Below, piece by piece: positions 1 to 13,149 of a DNA stretch of 64,000 nt. The stretch's first letter is position 1. Each line of letters begins with the position of its first letter. The position numbers and the translations under genes were made by a program. The notes beneath the pieces were generated by a model. The model was given only the letters and a program-made list of their open reading frames with translations. It made no database searches and was not told where the DNA came from. Origin of the DNA: Raillietiella orientalis (lineage: Eukaryota); NCBI GenBank assembly GCA_036172245.1, contig JAYWIR010000054.1, positions 124,001-188,000 of the forward strand, given 5' to 3'.

Positions 1-97
1 TGCGGAAGCCTTGCCAAAGTGGCGAAGCAGGGGACGGGGTGGGGAGCGCAATGCCTCCAAGAAGCCGAGTGGGTGAGCAAATTTTGCATTCGCTCCC

Positions 98-1183
98 GTG
101 ACGGACCGATCGTGCGAGCGGCGGAGTGGTCCGATGCAGCCACCACGGCGGCCCCACCACCACCCGGCGTCACCGCCAGCATTCCCACGAATATGTCGCG
201 AGCCACCGAACGAGCCGTCTGACATAACGCACCTTCAGTGCTCCGCACAGTTTCCGCGGGCAACGTGCGATATCCCCACCGGGCATCGCCTCGCATTCGC
301 TCTTTTGCCTTATAAGGACGGCCGCGTGGAGCAGACGGCGGTAAAACGTTGCTGTGCAGTGAAGCCTCTGGAGGTTGACCAACTTGCTTTCTGCAGACAG
401 TTCGAAAAAAAGATGTTCGCACAAGAAATCAAGGAAACCTTGGGAACCGCAGGTTCGAATCAGCTGAGTCCGCGGCAGAACCTCCATCCGTCACCACGTG
501 ATGTTCCAGAAAAAGATCAACGAGAAGCGGTCCAGGTTACCCATGCAGGAAGGACTTGGAATGATGGCATTTGTGCGACACCTGCAGTGCAACTTCAATT
601 GGCTATCATCAGAGGGGATCTGGAGGCTGTAAAGGTGCTTCTGAAGAAAGGGACCGACACTTCGGCTCGGAATGAGCATGGGAGCACTGCGCTGCACCTC
701 GCTGTTATGTACACGAAGAACTGGATCATAAAAATGCTTCTAAACCGCGACGCAGACGTGAATGCGACGGATGCGAATGGCATGGCACCCCTGCATATTG
801 CTGCTCACAAAGGATCCTTCCCTGTCGTCTTGGAACTCCTAAATCATGGAGCAGACGTGAACTGTGCAGTGCGCGTGGAGGATGACGCCAGTTCGCAGGG
901 TTCCCTACTCCAGAAGAGGAACAAGGGAATTCCCGGGTCCGCTCCACCTTCCGATGACGGAGCGCCTGACGGGTGCGAAGGGAGAGCTCCTTCGAAGTAC
1001 GTGAATGGAACAACTCCCCTTCACGTCGCCTCCTACAAAGGGCGCTGCAAAGTGGCGAAGTTCCTGCTGGAACACGGAGCCAACCCCAACGCGAGGGACG
1101 AGAATGGGATGACCCCTCTACTGGTAGCCATTAGACGGGAAAATATCGGAGTGGTGAGTCTCCTCCTGCATCACAAAGCTTGA
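98..1183 (+). CDS. Ankyrin-repeat protein, intronless (true start uncertain, possibly ATG ~414; may be truncated)
   Basis: About 5 canonical ankyrin repeats from ~590-1180 (GSTALHLAV, GMAPLHIAAHKG, GTTPLHVASYKG, GMTPLLVAI; GADVN/GANPN linkers), with a low-complexity insert between two repeats. Confidence 0.85.
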   Translation: MTDRSCERRSGPMQPPRRPHHHPASPPAFPRICREPPNEPSDITHLQCSAQFPRATCDIPTGHRLAFALLPYKDGRVEQTAVKRCCAVKPLEVDQLAFCRQFEKKMFAQEIKETLGTAGSNQLSPRQNLHPSPRDVPEKDQREAVQVTHAGRTWNDGICATPAVQLQLAIIRGDLEAVKVLLKKGTDTSARNEHGSTALHLAVMYTKNWIIKMLLNRDADVNATDANGMAPLHIAAHKGSFPVVLELLNHGADVNCAVRVEDDASSQGSLLQKRNKGIPGSAPPSDDGAPDGCEGRAPSKYVNGTTPLHVASYKGRCKVAKFLLEHGANPNARDENGMTPLLVAIRRENIGVVSLLLHHKA

Positions 1184-2039
1184 ACGCCTGCACACCGAGG
1201 AAGTCCGATCGACTGACCAGACGGCTACCTTCGGGTTGTGGAACGTGGAGTCTCTGCGTGTCGATGTTGCAGCAGTGGTGCTTCTGCGAGGAGAGAAAAA
1301 GGGCAAAGAAGAGACTAGAAAGTATGCCAGTTCGATGGAGGAGATGACCGTGCCTGAGGAGATTCGAGGAGCTGCCATGCCAGAAAGCATTGCACAGCAA
1401 AGGGTTTGATGTACCCTATTCCCGTAGTTCTCGCATTCCGACACTCTATGTGAAGGATTATTTTAAATGACATTACCAGGGGTAAATAAATGGTTTTTGA
1501 AATAAGCATCTCTCACATCACAAATTGTTTTTTTTTCCACATTTCTTGTTATCAAACACTGCACCAAAGTGATGGGTACTCGCAAAACTGAGATCCCCCA
1601 AGAACTTGCCTGAATCCCAAGTCTTTTTGGATTATTTGAGTTCTCCTTTTCACTGAATTTCTTGAGTCGAGTGCCTTGATGCTCCTTGAAGCAAAGATGG
1701 GCGAGTGATTGAACCCTGAGGAAATTATTTCTCTTTCAAATCAACCCTTGCCCGAAGGGTACGAGGTTCTCGAAATCACTTCAGAACCTGCTACGACTTG
1801 ATCAAAGCAAATCCAAGAAAACGAAAGTGGAACAGCGGCGTCCTTCGACACAGAAGACGGATCCCTTGGCAAAGGGACCCACAGCGTTGCAGCGAGCATG
1901 CTGGCAGTCCAATGAAAGAAGCGCACCTTACCCTAAGTGAAAACAGCAGTGAGATCTTCGCTCCTTCCGAGATCTACTGAAACCCATAATGGACCCAATG
2001 CGAAAACAGTGCGGCAAACATCAGCCCCAGCTTCTTACC

Positions 2040-3260
2040 CTCATGCAGCTGCGCACGCGCTGCATTTGTGATCGTCGTAGGTATCTAGGAACCATTATTT
2101 AGTGGCGCTGGTTGTGAGCGCCAGTAAACGGCAACCGAGGCAGACCCACAAATCTGACAGCGTGCCACACTCAAGACGGGGTTATCAGGGCTCACCAACT
2201 ATCAGCTTCCGTGTGCTGCATACGTGAAGATTACACCGTTTGTTCGCACCTGATAACGAATGTGCTCGACCACGGAGACCAGCGCACGGGAAACGGAAAA
2301 TTTATCGCGCCGATCTACCGGCGAGCGGAAATCTTTTGATCCGAAGAAAGCTTTCATTTCGATTCCCTGAAATGCGCAGTTCAGTGAATCCCAGAAAATG
2401 CCTCTGGCCTGCAAGACACGACGAGGATCCCTCTCCCGGCAGTTGCTGCACCTCGCAAATTCTTCTTTGACGCGACATTTTGAGTCCCATTTCAAGGTGC
2501 TGCTCGGCTTTTGCCTCGCATCTCTCCTGCCTCTTTGCAGAGTGACAAAGAACCACGCCACCGGCAAACATGGTCGCGACCACTGACCACAGGAGCAGAC
2601 CGGAAGAACCCGGAATGGTCCGTCGCAGAGCGTGAACATGCTCCGGGACGACCGAAGGGCCACGGCGGTTCAAGTGGACCCACGAGCGTGTGACTCTCCC
2701 CGTTCAACACGGTTCGTAGGTCCAGTAAACCAGAAAGCAAGCACGTGAACCTGAGATGGCGGACGTGCGGTCACCAACTCGGAGTTGCACAATCACCCAA
2801 CAAATAATGGGGGACCATGCGAGACAACCCCCAGAATAATCAGTTACCCACGCTTTGAGCGCAGGGCTTGCGGATGCAATCGTTCCTTGGCTACCTTTGG
2901 AAAGCAGCTGGGCGTAAACGGTTGCTCCAAGGAGGAGCATTTTGCTGAACACCGCGCGAAGCAGCAGACGACAAGAGTGCCGCAAGCACACTTGGATCCT
3001 ACCGTCGTTTCTGGCTTCAGGCCAACACGATCGGTCAAGAAGCACGTCTTCAGTTGTCTCGTTAGCGAGCCAAGTTCCAGAGTTCATGAAATGAGGAATC
3101 CGCGAAAGGTGAGACGAATTTCCCTGATGGAACGCGCAGCCATCGCGCGCGCACTTCCTGGCGAACGGCTCGCCGCGCCCACAAAGCCCATCCCCGTGAA
3201 GGAAAAACCGCAACTACGTTGGCCCCCGCGGTCCACGAAATTCGGTCCACCTTTCGCGTG
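2040..3260 (+). mobile_element. Highly decayed Gypsy/Ty3-like LTR retrotransposon pol relic
   Basis: Scattered motifs in shifting frames: YLGTII (~2082), SVNPRKC (~2381), TDHR (~2582, RNase H TDH), EHAPGR (~2634), HPTNNG (~2794, integrase HPxTNG-like). No intact ORF. Confidence 0.4.
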
Positions 3261-4246
3261 ATTCCACGAAGGAAGATCAAAAAGCTTTCCAAATTTCCGA
3301 TGGCACGTTCCACGTTCCACTGCGCCTCCAGGAAAACACATCTCCCAGCGTTACGTGGCCGGTCGAATGTTGCATCCAAGGAACAGGACACGATGCAAGG
3401 ATTTTTTCCTTTTTTTTTTTTTTTTTTAATAAAAAAAACACAAAAAAGGAAAAGGGAAAACTTGAGATGCCCACTGAATGCCCTCGCCGCAGACCTACGT
3501 GAGACAATGAGTGAAAGGGCAAAAGCAGTCGCACAGCATAATTTGATACGTGCCAAAATTTCCTTAGCCATGCAAATTTCCTTCGCCAAGTAATGGGACT
3601 TTGCGAACACTGCGAGGTTTATCCGTGTTCAGGGATCACAGTTTTCCCTTCCGGGTGCAGCAGCAGATTGCTGTGGATGACCACCCAACGAATTACGGTG
3701 GCGAACAAACGACAGAGCGATCTCTGAGCAGAGACTCAACAGTTCGCAGGGACTCTCTGCATCATTTATACCTTCTGGTCCTTCAGATTCACGAATTTCA
3801 TGTACCTTGAAACCGAATGGTAATCCTCGAACGTCTTCCTTGTCATTTGCTTGCCGAATCCCAGCTTTCCCTTTCGCCAGACGGATTTTTTGTCAGCTGC
3901 TTCCCGAGGCTCGAGGCCTCTCGATACTGGGTTGAGACGGGATGCCACGCATTCACATTTCGAGCACGTTTGACCACCTTCCTTTCGTTCCACCCCGACA
4001 TTGGGCGGTCATAAATCGCTTACGTATTCGTAAGCAATACGTCCCGGGTATCCTCTTTCTTCCAAAGTCAGTGTACGGATGCGTCTGCATGTCTACAAAG
4101 AAACGGGAGGGGGAAGGGAGGGAAGAGGAAAATGAGACGAGAACTTTATGGGCACAAAAAGAAAACGCACGGCATAAAACGGTACTAACGAGGAGAAGAA
4201 CACACGTGGCGAGAAAGGGCCGGGATATACCAATACCACCACCGCA

Positions 4247-4283
4247 CAGCAGCAGCAGCAGCAGCAGCATCACCACCACCACC
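4247..4283. repeat. (CAG)n/(CAC)n trinucleotide microsatellite
   Basis: Visible run cagcagcag...caccaccacc. Confidence 0.85.
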
Positions 4284-4744
4284 GTTGCCAACCAACTGGC
4301 GGGCCACTCTGCCCCACCATTCGTTTCTCCAGACGCACCCGGCGTATCTTAGAACAACTGAACGCAAGTTGAGAGCGAGCACAAGCAATCTAGAAGTTTC
4401 CCAAAACGAAATGGGTAAACATTCTATTGGAATTGCATTTTGCATGTAGGGAACCGAGTGCAGACGCCGTTTCGTGGAGTCTGTGACTCCCGAATCCATA
4501 CGATTCATTCTCTCGCGTTGGAGGAACCCCCCAAATCTAATGGGATTTCCTGAAAACGGTTGATGCACCACTTGCCCGTGGACCGCCAACAGGTTTCCAA
4601 CCAGGAAGAGAAATCCGTCCGATCGCGAACCACCGCGGCCACCATCCCCACGACGCATACGCGACAAGAGTTTGCCAAACAGATTCCTGCCCTCCATTTA
4701 CGATTCGCAAATGCAAAAAATTGGATTGCCTAATGGTTTTCCGG

Positions 4745-4768
4745 GGTGTGTGTGTGTGTGTGTGTGTG
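4745..4768. repeat. (GT)n microsatellite
   Basis: Visible dinucleotide run just downstream of the stop of PAP2 gene 1. Confidence 0.9.
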
Positions 4769-4829
4769 ACGGTTCTCACGTCGGGAATCTCAAACAAAGG
4801 GAATCGCTTTTTATTTAGCTCTGCACACG

Positions 4830-7800
4830 TTACATCGCCCATCCGCGATTGATTCCAACGCTGTCGTTGGTGGAGGCATTTTGGATTGCACGAGCTACAT
4901 ACTTGGGCCACCATATGTAACAAAACTGCCCACCAGTTAGCACGCGGGTCCACAGTGACCGAGGAGCACCTACTGTAAGTACTGCCACGACAGCTCCCAG
5001 TATGCTTCCCGCCAAGACGTCGGTGGGATGGTGCTTGTAGTCCGAAATACGGGAAAGGGACGTAAACAGGGCGGCAGCTAAGCACAGGAATTGCAGGAAC
5101 GGTCGCAGCAGCTCGCTGTTTGAGGCACAGAATCGAACTTGGAGATAAATCTGCGTGGGCGCCGTAAGAGGCACACGTGTTCAAAAACTTGCTCACTTAC
5201 CGCCAAGTACAACATCGTATAAAACGAATAGGATGCGTGACCAGAAGGAAAAGACAGCCTTAGGAAAAATTCAGAACAATCCCCAAAAATTAGTCTGTAC
5301 TTTACATCACATCCTTCAACACCCAGTTGACTCTCTGGGTATTAGAGCATCTGTAATCAGTAACATATTGCATGGGTTGAGTACAGTCATCATCACCCCA
5401 AACAGGATGACAGGCATCCATAAAGTGGGGTCGCAAACGACCTACGCTGTATTTCGCAATGTCGGTGAAGAGCTGCGAACACGCAGCACCAAACAAAAAG
5501 CATCCGACAGTTTCATATATAGCTATTCCCCAGAGGGGCAATCTGAAAGATCCTATAATCACAGGAGGAGCACGGGGGCGTTTTAAACCATCTGCTAATT
5601 CACAAAATATCATCTGGTATACAAAACACAAATCAAATACCGAAACAAGAAACACTTCACAAAACAACACTTTATTGAACGTTTGTCAAACTTGCACACT
5701 TGAAGTTAAGCAACAGCATTAAGAGAAAAACTCTTATTCTGGCAAAGGAAACACTCCATCCATCCAAACAGACACTTGGGGCACACAAGGGTTCAGGAGA
5801 GAAGGGAGAGGGAAGGAGGGAAGAAACGAATACTTACAAATGCCGCGGGCACCAAGGTGCCCACTCCGTACAGGACTGCGGTGGAAATGGTGGACTCCTT
5901 AAAAGGGTATCGTAACGAAGCATCGTTACAGAAAAATCCTCGTTTGTAAGGCTTCCCCAGAAGATGAAAACAGAGTACTGAGATACCAGCTGGAACATCA
6001 AAGAGAACAATATGAAAAAATAAAAAAATGCACACGGCCGTCAGGAAGAAATGAGAGGAGGAAAAAAAAAACAGGCATGCACTTGCAAAGAGTTCGGAAC
6101 TCTTTTAACCTCGACATATTTGCGACGCAGTCAAGAAACGCTTTAATCGGTGCCCATGGCTTTCGGATTTTATCTGAACAAAAAATGGGTGGCACTCGCG
6201 CACCACATATGCTGACGGCAAAGTGACAGCTGAAAAGAAAAGTCCGTACCCATGGAATACGGAAGCATATGACAAGGCAGTGTCGGTACACTAGTTGAAA
6301 AACACACACACACGAGATAAAGCACCTCTTTCCTAATGCTAAGGGCACTCTCCTCATACCATCGAGGGGGCAACCCAATCTTCGGCTTCTTTGTACATGG
6401 AAATCGCGGCTCATTTAATAAGTGCATGTATCGCCTGACGACCGGTGACTGCTGGCTTCTGGGATGCTCTTTCCGCCACCCTTTTTCCGAAAAGCACGGG
6501 AACGTACCCTCAAAGGGTTTGTGAGATCGACGACTGGAGTTCAGCTCGTCGGACTCGCACGTCGACAGGATCGCGCCTGCTGTGTACACTTCAAGTGATG
6601 CTGCGAGCATCTCGTCTTCGGCACAAGTACAAGAAGGGCTCCCAACCTTGGGCTCTTTCCACGACACCGTGCGGAACATCCGCCCCACGGGAGGAGACCG
6701 TGCACACGAATAACGGGTGGGACACTCGCTACTCGCATGACCTGGTCACGGCCACACGAATCGTCCTCCGTGTCAAAACCACACACCCACACACACAACC
6801 ACTCCACAAACCGCGCGCCATGCCCACTCTGGAGTCAGCACACCTTGAAGGGCATCCCTGTTCAAAAATCATACTTATGGTGGTTTTTTTTTTTTTTTCT
6901 TTCCACTTTGCAATTAAAACAATTCGCTTCGAGTGATTCTGAGTATTTTTTTTTCCTGGCAAGGAATCAGGCATCACTCTGGGATGATGACCTTGTCCAA
7001 AAGCCTTCAATCTAAATTCAGACGCGCAGTTCTTCGTTGGAACATTCGATAAAGAGCAAACCATCCAAAGCATCCTTAACATGGCTATATGTGGATCATA
7101 AATGAGCAGCACTATGAATCGACAAATTAATCAAGTTACTTAACACGTGTAAAAAGAAATAAAATAAAATAGTTTTTTAAAAATCCGGCCTCACTTGCCC
7201 AAAACCTTGGTCCTTGTAGTCAAGATGGGTTCCGAACAGACTTACTTTAAGGATACACCATTAAAAACCTAATGCAAGTAAACCATGTATTTGGGTAAGT
7301 GCCAACGTCAGACAGACTTCAGCATTTAAAACTTCGCAAATTAGCTATCAATGTTATTTGTATGCAAGGAAACTAACGAGCATTCGTAATAGCTTACTAT
7401 TAGCAACATTAAGAATGATGTGTGTCTTAGCACTTCAGGAAAATTCCATTACAACAAGAGGCTACCTAGCCATCAAAATTGCACTAAAGGCACTTGGTAC
7501 TCAATGAAACCAACAACCTACCAAAAAACAAGTGCTAATCACTTTGTAAATCAAGGATCCATGCAATGGAATTATGCTATGTCATAAGTGTGGCTGAGAT
7601 CCTCATTTTGGCACACAAATACAGAAAACGTAGAACCCTCTGGCAAAATCTAGGCTTCAGCACACTGAATGTTAAATCTCTGAGTGAAATTACTTTCTTG
7701 CAAACATTCACACATTCACGACCTTCCAAAGATTGGCGGGCTGAAAAATGACAACATTTTCAGCACAGACAATAAGGATGTCCAAATAAAATCTTTAATT

Positions 7801-9763
7801 ATTTACTTTCTCATACAAATTTGATTGGTGTCGAATAATGTTTTTGGGGGAATTTCCAAAAGAAAAATACACTTGCTACATGATCATTAACAAGATCCAT
7901 ATCCTTTGAAGCTTCCAATTAATAAACTTTTTTGAATTCTTACTCAAAAAATATTATGCCCAGCCCTGTTCTTAAAAAGTTTGCAATTTGTAATGACAAT
8001 ATTGGACTGAAATTTTCGAACCGTTTGTTTTTGGAAAGTCCGATCGGCAAAGTAACAGCAAAACCTCCCAGAAATTCCGAAAGAACCAACAAAATGAAAT
8101 AAAAATCTGTTAAATACACAAGCCAGAAATATGTGAAAAGACTTGAAAAATTCAACATCTTTTGTAGAAGAAAAAAGGATAATTAAACAACACATTCTGA
8201 AGTTATCCAGAATTGATCCATGAATGCAATGTTTTATGGAGTTTTAGTTCACCTGATTGAACTTTGTCTTTATTGGAATGATTTAAAGGCAGGCACACAC
8301 AAAAACACCAGGTTGGATGAATTTTACATTTTACATTTGCACAGTACATATTCCATCTCATTAAATTAATGATTCAAATAAACAAGAACTTAATGCTCCA
8401 TAAGGTTTATTTCTTGTAAAAATCCATTATGATTACCATCTTTAGAAAGAAGTTTGTTTCAAGATACTAACTAGAGTACCAGTTGAGTCTATCCCACAGT
8501 TAATTTCTAAATTTCTAATGTTAAAATACTGGAAATTAGTTTTGACCAGAATAAATGAAAATACATCCCACAATGTGAAACCAAATGTAAACATTACTGA
8601 CACATCAACTCATTAGATAAAGTTCTTTCAGATGATTGTGAATGCAAATCAATGCATTTAAAGAAATTTCATGAGAAACATGATCCCATGCATTTTCAAT
8701 TTCAATTGAAACAAATTTCAGTTCCATTTAATCAAGAAAAACACTGAATCTGACTTTGTAAAAACTACACAACACTAATATGTGCAAGTAAAAGTTTTGA
8801 ATACATAATGTAATGAAAAAAAAACAAACAAAAACAAAAACAGAGGAGGAGGAAATAGAAAACCTAACTTCTTGCATATCAGTAAATGTTAATAGTGCTT
8901 GAAAATGAATATGATAGTTTTAGGAAAAGGCTCGACGTCGATGTTTCTTCAGCTAAACTTTATACTTTAAAAGTTAAATGCCAAAAACAGTTGTGTTAGG
9001 TTCAGAGCAAAAAAGTAAACTTGCCAAAAAAAAAAATCAGGGCAATGAGAACCCAAGAAACCTCACTGGTGAGCAGAACTCCACGAAAAACAGACTGCAA
9101 ACATGCAGAAGAATCCATCCACAAGCAATCCTGGGAAGATGGTCTCAATCACTGGATGATGCAATGATGGTATCAAGGTTATTAGCAATGTGCATGCACA
9201 ATTTTGCCCAGCACCAACTGCCACAGATCAAGGAGCAGATAAGCAAACAAACTGGCAAAAAGGTTTGAGGGCAAGTCAAATGCCAAGGAGAAAATGGGGG
9301 GAAAAGACAAAAAAAAAATTTTTGCTTTTTTTCTGTGAACGTGTGTTGGAATTTTTCTGGGGACGATGTGCTTCACAATGTATCTTTCACTTTATCCAAG
9401 ATGTTTTCAAACAGTGCCCAGTCTGACCGACACTTGTACATATCCCTTGTACATCTGGGAAAAACGGTCATGCATGTACAGATAGGCCGCCTAGCGGTGG
9501 GAAACAACACGTGCCAGACGTACAACGCATACATTTCGGCAGCACGTTTGCCATGTGTGTGTACGGTACGCTGAAACACACTGCAAGGCATCACGATACG
9601 TACACACCTGCGTACGCTCTGCACGTACACACACACCAAAGAGGTGTAGCACGACCACTGTGTTCGGCCCGAGGGCAAAAGTTGGGAACTTTTCATATTT
9701 ACCTGACAGGAAAATAATTAGATCCAGCATCAGTTTCAAAAGAGATTCGTACTTGGGTTTCAT
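4830..9763 (-). CDS. wun: Lipid phosphate phosphatase (PAP2, wunen/PLPP family), 6 coding exons: 9763-9703, 5989-5838, 5613-5306, 5258-5201, 5150-4974, 4925-4830
   Basis: Spliced product reads MKPKYESLLKLMLDLIIFLS-AGISVLCFHLLGKPYKRGFFCNDASLRYP...KYSVGRLRPHF (C1)...LSFPSGH (C2)...SRISDYKHHPTD (C3). All introns are GT-AG with compatible phases. The first exon is less certain than the others. The symbol denotes the family; orthology is not shown. Confidence 0.92.
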
Positions 9764-10299
9764 ACTTCTCTTTTCCCACCACCAGTGCAGCGCCACACCG
9801 ACCTAATGCTCTACAAAAATTTCTTCCAGATGAATGAGCTATTCGCATCGAATGTCATCTTTAACTTCAAAAACGATACAAGAAAATCCCAGTTTCTGAA
9901 TACAATGGCGGTACATGTACAATGCAACGCATGAATACCGTTAAGCAGATACTTTTGTACGACCTCTATGCCTTAAAAGGGACTCGTGTTAATTTTTCAA
10001 GCTTATGAAAATCCTTGAAATACACGTATGTACTGTATTTACACGCATGTACACTGTATGTACACGTAAATACACGTATAAAAAAAAAAAAAATGTACTA
10101 CTCTATCCGATATCGCTACGATTCACATGTGGGACTCTTTCTGTTTACCATCACTGTGTAAATTCACTGTGCACGTTCAAAGGTACAGAAACATTTCCTT
10201 TTTAATTTATCTCTACAGCATGACAGATAAAAAGTGATGACGAAACCACAGTTTTCCCCCCTCCCCCCATTACAGACAACTCTGGGTCCCCTCCCCCCC

Positions 10300-11200
10300 C
10301 CTTAAAGCAAACATTTTCCAGCTATCCCACTCAACGACCTGCACGGCGCACCACCGACGGGCACGGCACCACCACCGGCACTACCGTCGCTGGCGTCCTC
10401 GGGCCGAGATTTTCGCCCGGGGCGATCCGCGGATTCCCGGGCAACGTCACCAGAAACCTCCGCCTTCCGATCGTCCGCCAGCATCCCGGGCACAGAAACC
10501 GTGTTCGAATCGCATCCCGTTACTCCGGAGGGAAATCACGGGAACCACGAACGACGCTTCCCAACGCCGCCGCCGCGCCTCTCTCCTTTTTCGACGACGA
10601 GGGGAAGCGTTCGGACTTTTCCCCCCCGCCGTCCCGAATTCGATCGCCATTTTTTTTTTTTTTTTTTTTTTCTTCTTCCACCGACTGACCGGCGAAGGCA
10701 AGGCGAGCTTTTGTCCTGCGCCTTCGTCCTCTTTCGAGAAGCTCAATCCTCCTGGCTGACCCGAGATGCAGCCTCGGGGGCGCTTCGGGAACCGCGGGGG
10801 CTGACGGAGCCGCTGAAGGTTCCCCACCCCCCCATGCAACGGAACCCAAAGACCATCCACCCAGGGCGAACAAAAGATTTTCCTTACTCACGCGTTCGGA
10901 CCCGACGTGAAGTCTCGAGGGCTGCCCTCTAACAGCCCTTCGAATTCTCCAAGCCTGCATGCCGCCCTCGCGCTGGAACGAAGCTTCAAGAGGGCTTTAC
11001 ACCACAGCAGCACGGAGACACAGGTGTCTAATTAGCAAGTTAAGACAGTGTGTATGCATGCATAACGTCACGGGAGCGCGTCATTTAACTTCGGCTGCTG
11101 AGGACGGATCCCCATATTAAGCAGCCTTCTCATTCGGGCCCAATTTCCTGCCGCCGACCGTTCTTTCTTACTCCAGTTCTGCGGTTTCGTTTTTTTTCCC
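10300..11200 (-). promoter_or_regulatory. GC/CpG-rich region upstream of PAP2 gene 1 (candidate promoter or 5' exon)
   Basis: Abrupt shift from AT-rich intronic DNA to CpG-rich sequence just 5' of the first coding exon. No specific element identified. Confidence 0.3.
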
Positions 11201-12299
11201 TGCCCGGTAAAGGAGTTATCGATTTCCTATCTGGTTTCACGACCGTCTCCTGTTCCTTGGCTGCAGTCGACAAACATTCACTCTTAACTACGCACCGCAG
11301 TCAAACCTTTCATCTCGTTCGGGGAGCCCTCCACACATGCGTCTCATCTCCGCGTGCGATACATCATTCGCAGCATCCCAGCACACGAACTGCTGGAATC
11401 TTTGCAAACGAATCTTGGGCCGAAGTGGGTGCACGCCTGGACACGTCAGCGCAAGCTGTGGCGAATAGGCAGCAGGGCTGCATGATGAAGCTCTCGCGTG
11501 AGGGGACTTCAGGCGTCTTCAGCATCTGAGCATTCTGACCATTGCCAACCACGAAGTCTCGATTTGGGCTTTTTCGTTTCCCCCCATCACGCAGTCGTCG
11601 TTTTCTTGTTCTCATGTCCATGCGTTCTCGTTTGCCTTCGTCGATGTTTTTTTATTTATTTATTTTTTTTCTTATGCGACCTCGGGTGAAATTCTGACCG
11701 GCTTTTTGCTCATTCCTTTCGAGTAGCTGCATTCTTACTTCGTGATGTCAATGAATATGAGAACTCTTCGCATGTAGGGGTCATTCAATCAATCCGGAAC
11801 TCAACAGCAACTGCTACGTGTTTATGAAAGATCAATTACACGGCCATATCAAAGACTCGTTACAAGTAGGACTAAGAATCGTATTGAAACTTGCTAGTAA
11901 AGTCCTTCATTTTTTTTTTTTCGGCTCGATTCTCTTTGCTGAAAAGTGTTTTAAGGACATCGGCAGTTTTAGTAATATCTCATTTGCAGAGCCAAAGTCG
12001 AAATCGAGCCTTTTAAGCCTCTGTTAGGTTCCAAAGTTTCTCTTATATCGTCTCCTTCTGTTCGATTTCAAAGTCGACTACAAGAAGCGCTGCATTTTTT
12101 TTTTTCCTTTTTTTAAAAAAGTAAAAGAAATCTCGTAGTATTCTTGTAGAAGCAAAAAGTCATGCTGTGTCACAACTATGGATAAAAAGGCAGCCACATA
12201 CAACCCTGAGAAGAGTTTTGTGCTTTGGCTTGGCAATCGTATTATTCATTTAGTATTCTTCCAAAAAATGACCTCCACAATGCTGAAAAACCTTGGAAA

Positions 12300-12850
12300 A
12301 AGCCAAAAACAAAAATTCTTGCTGGGTGCTCATTTAGAGGAACCACAGCTGCTCCATGTGGCCATTACCATTTACGCATCCCCCGCGAGAGGGGGGTTCG
12401 CCTTTTCGGACACTCTTTTCTCACCAATCTTCAACTTCTGGGCTCATGCCCGCTTCCGAAACAAAGGCTTGTATTGCTTCCGGCTATAGTCCACTGGCCC
12501 TTGTCGGAAATCGGGCAACGGAAGCATCGCGAAACTCTTATCCACGAATAGCGAGCTTCACTGAGTTAAACGGATGAACATCTGATGGGGACATATTCGG
12601 CCTAGACGGTGCTGGAGCATCAGCGTCCAGAGCAGTTCTTGGTGGCCAGCGTTGTCGTGGTCAAATCGACTGTACAGACGGTGGCTGAATCAAGCTCCCT
12701 CCACTGATGTGACTGCCAAACTTCTGGGTGGTTTACCGAGCTTTCTTGCTCCGCGCCTCTCGCGCCGGGAGCACGAGACTGCTCTAGAAAAGATGACAAC
12801 CCATGCAAGTCTTCGTCCTCCATGATGGAGAGGTGACGAAATGGCTCTGC
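12300..12850. mobile_element. LINE AP-endonuclease fragments (plus ~12300-12560, minus ~12600-12850)
   Basis: Plus strand ITIYASP (NIYAP-like). Minus strand PEVWQSH followed by SRFDH (DxW and SRxD-like). Confidence 0.35.
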
Positions 12851-13149
12851 CTGCAACAGAAAGCGAGCACAAGCGGCAAAAATTTATGAAACTACCTATC
12901 TTCCCTCTTCCTCTTCGCAGTCCCGTTCTTCCATCTTATGCGATCCTCGCGTCTGTGATTCACTTCCTCATTCGTGAACCCACGGTGGAGAAGGCACGAA
13001 TCCCCCCGTTTTGTTGTGTCTCTTTTATAAACAGCCATTCGAGCGTCTCCGCACGTGAACTATGTGTGGTTTTAAGCTTAAGCATTAGGTGGAGAGAAGA
13101 AAAACTCCGACTTTTGCCTTAGATATAAAATCTGTGAAAAAGAAAAGAG

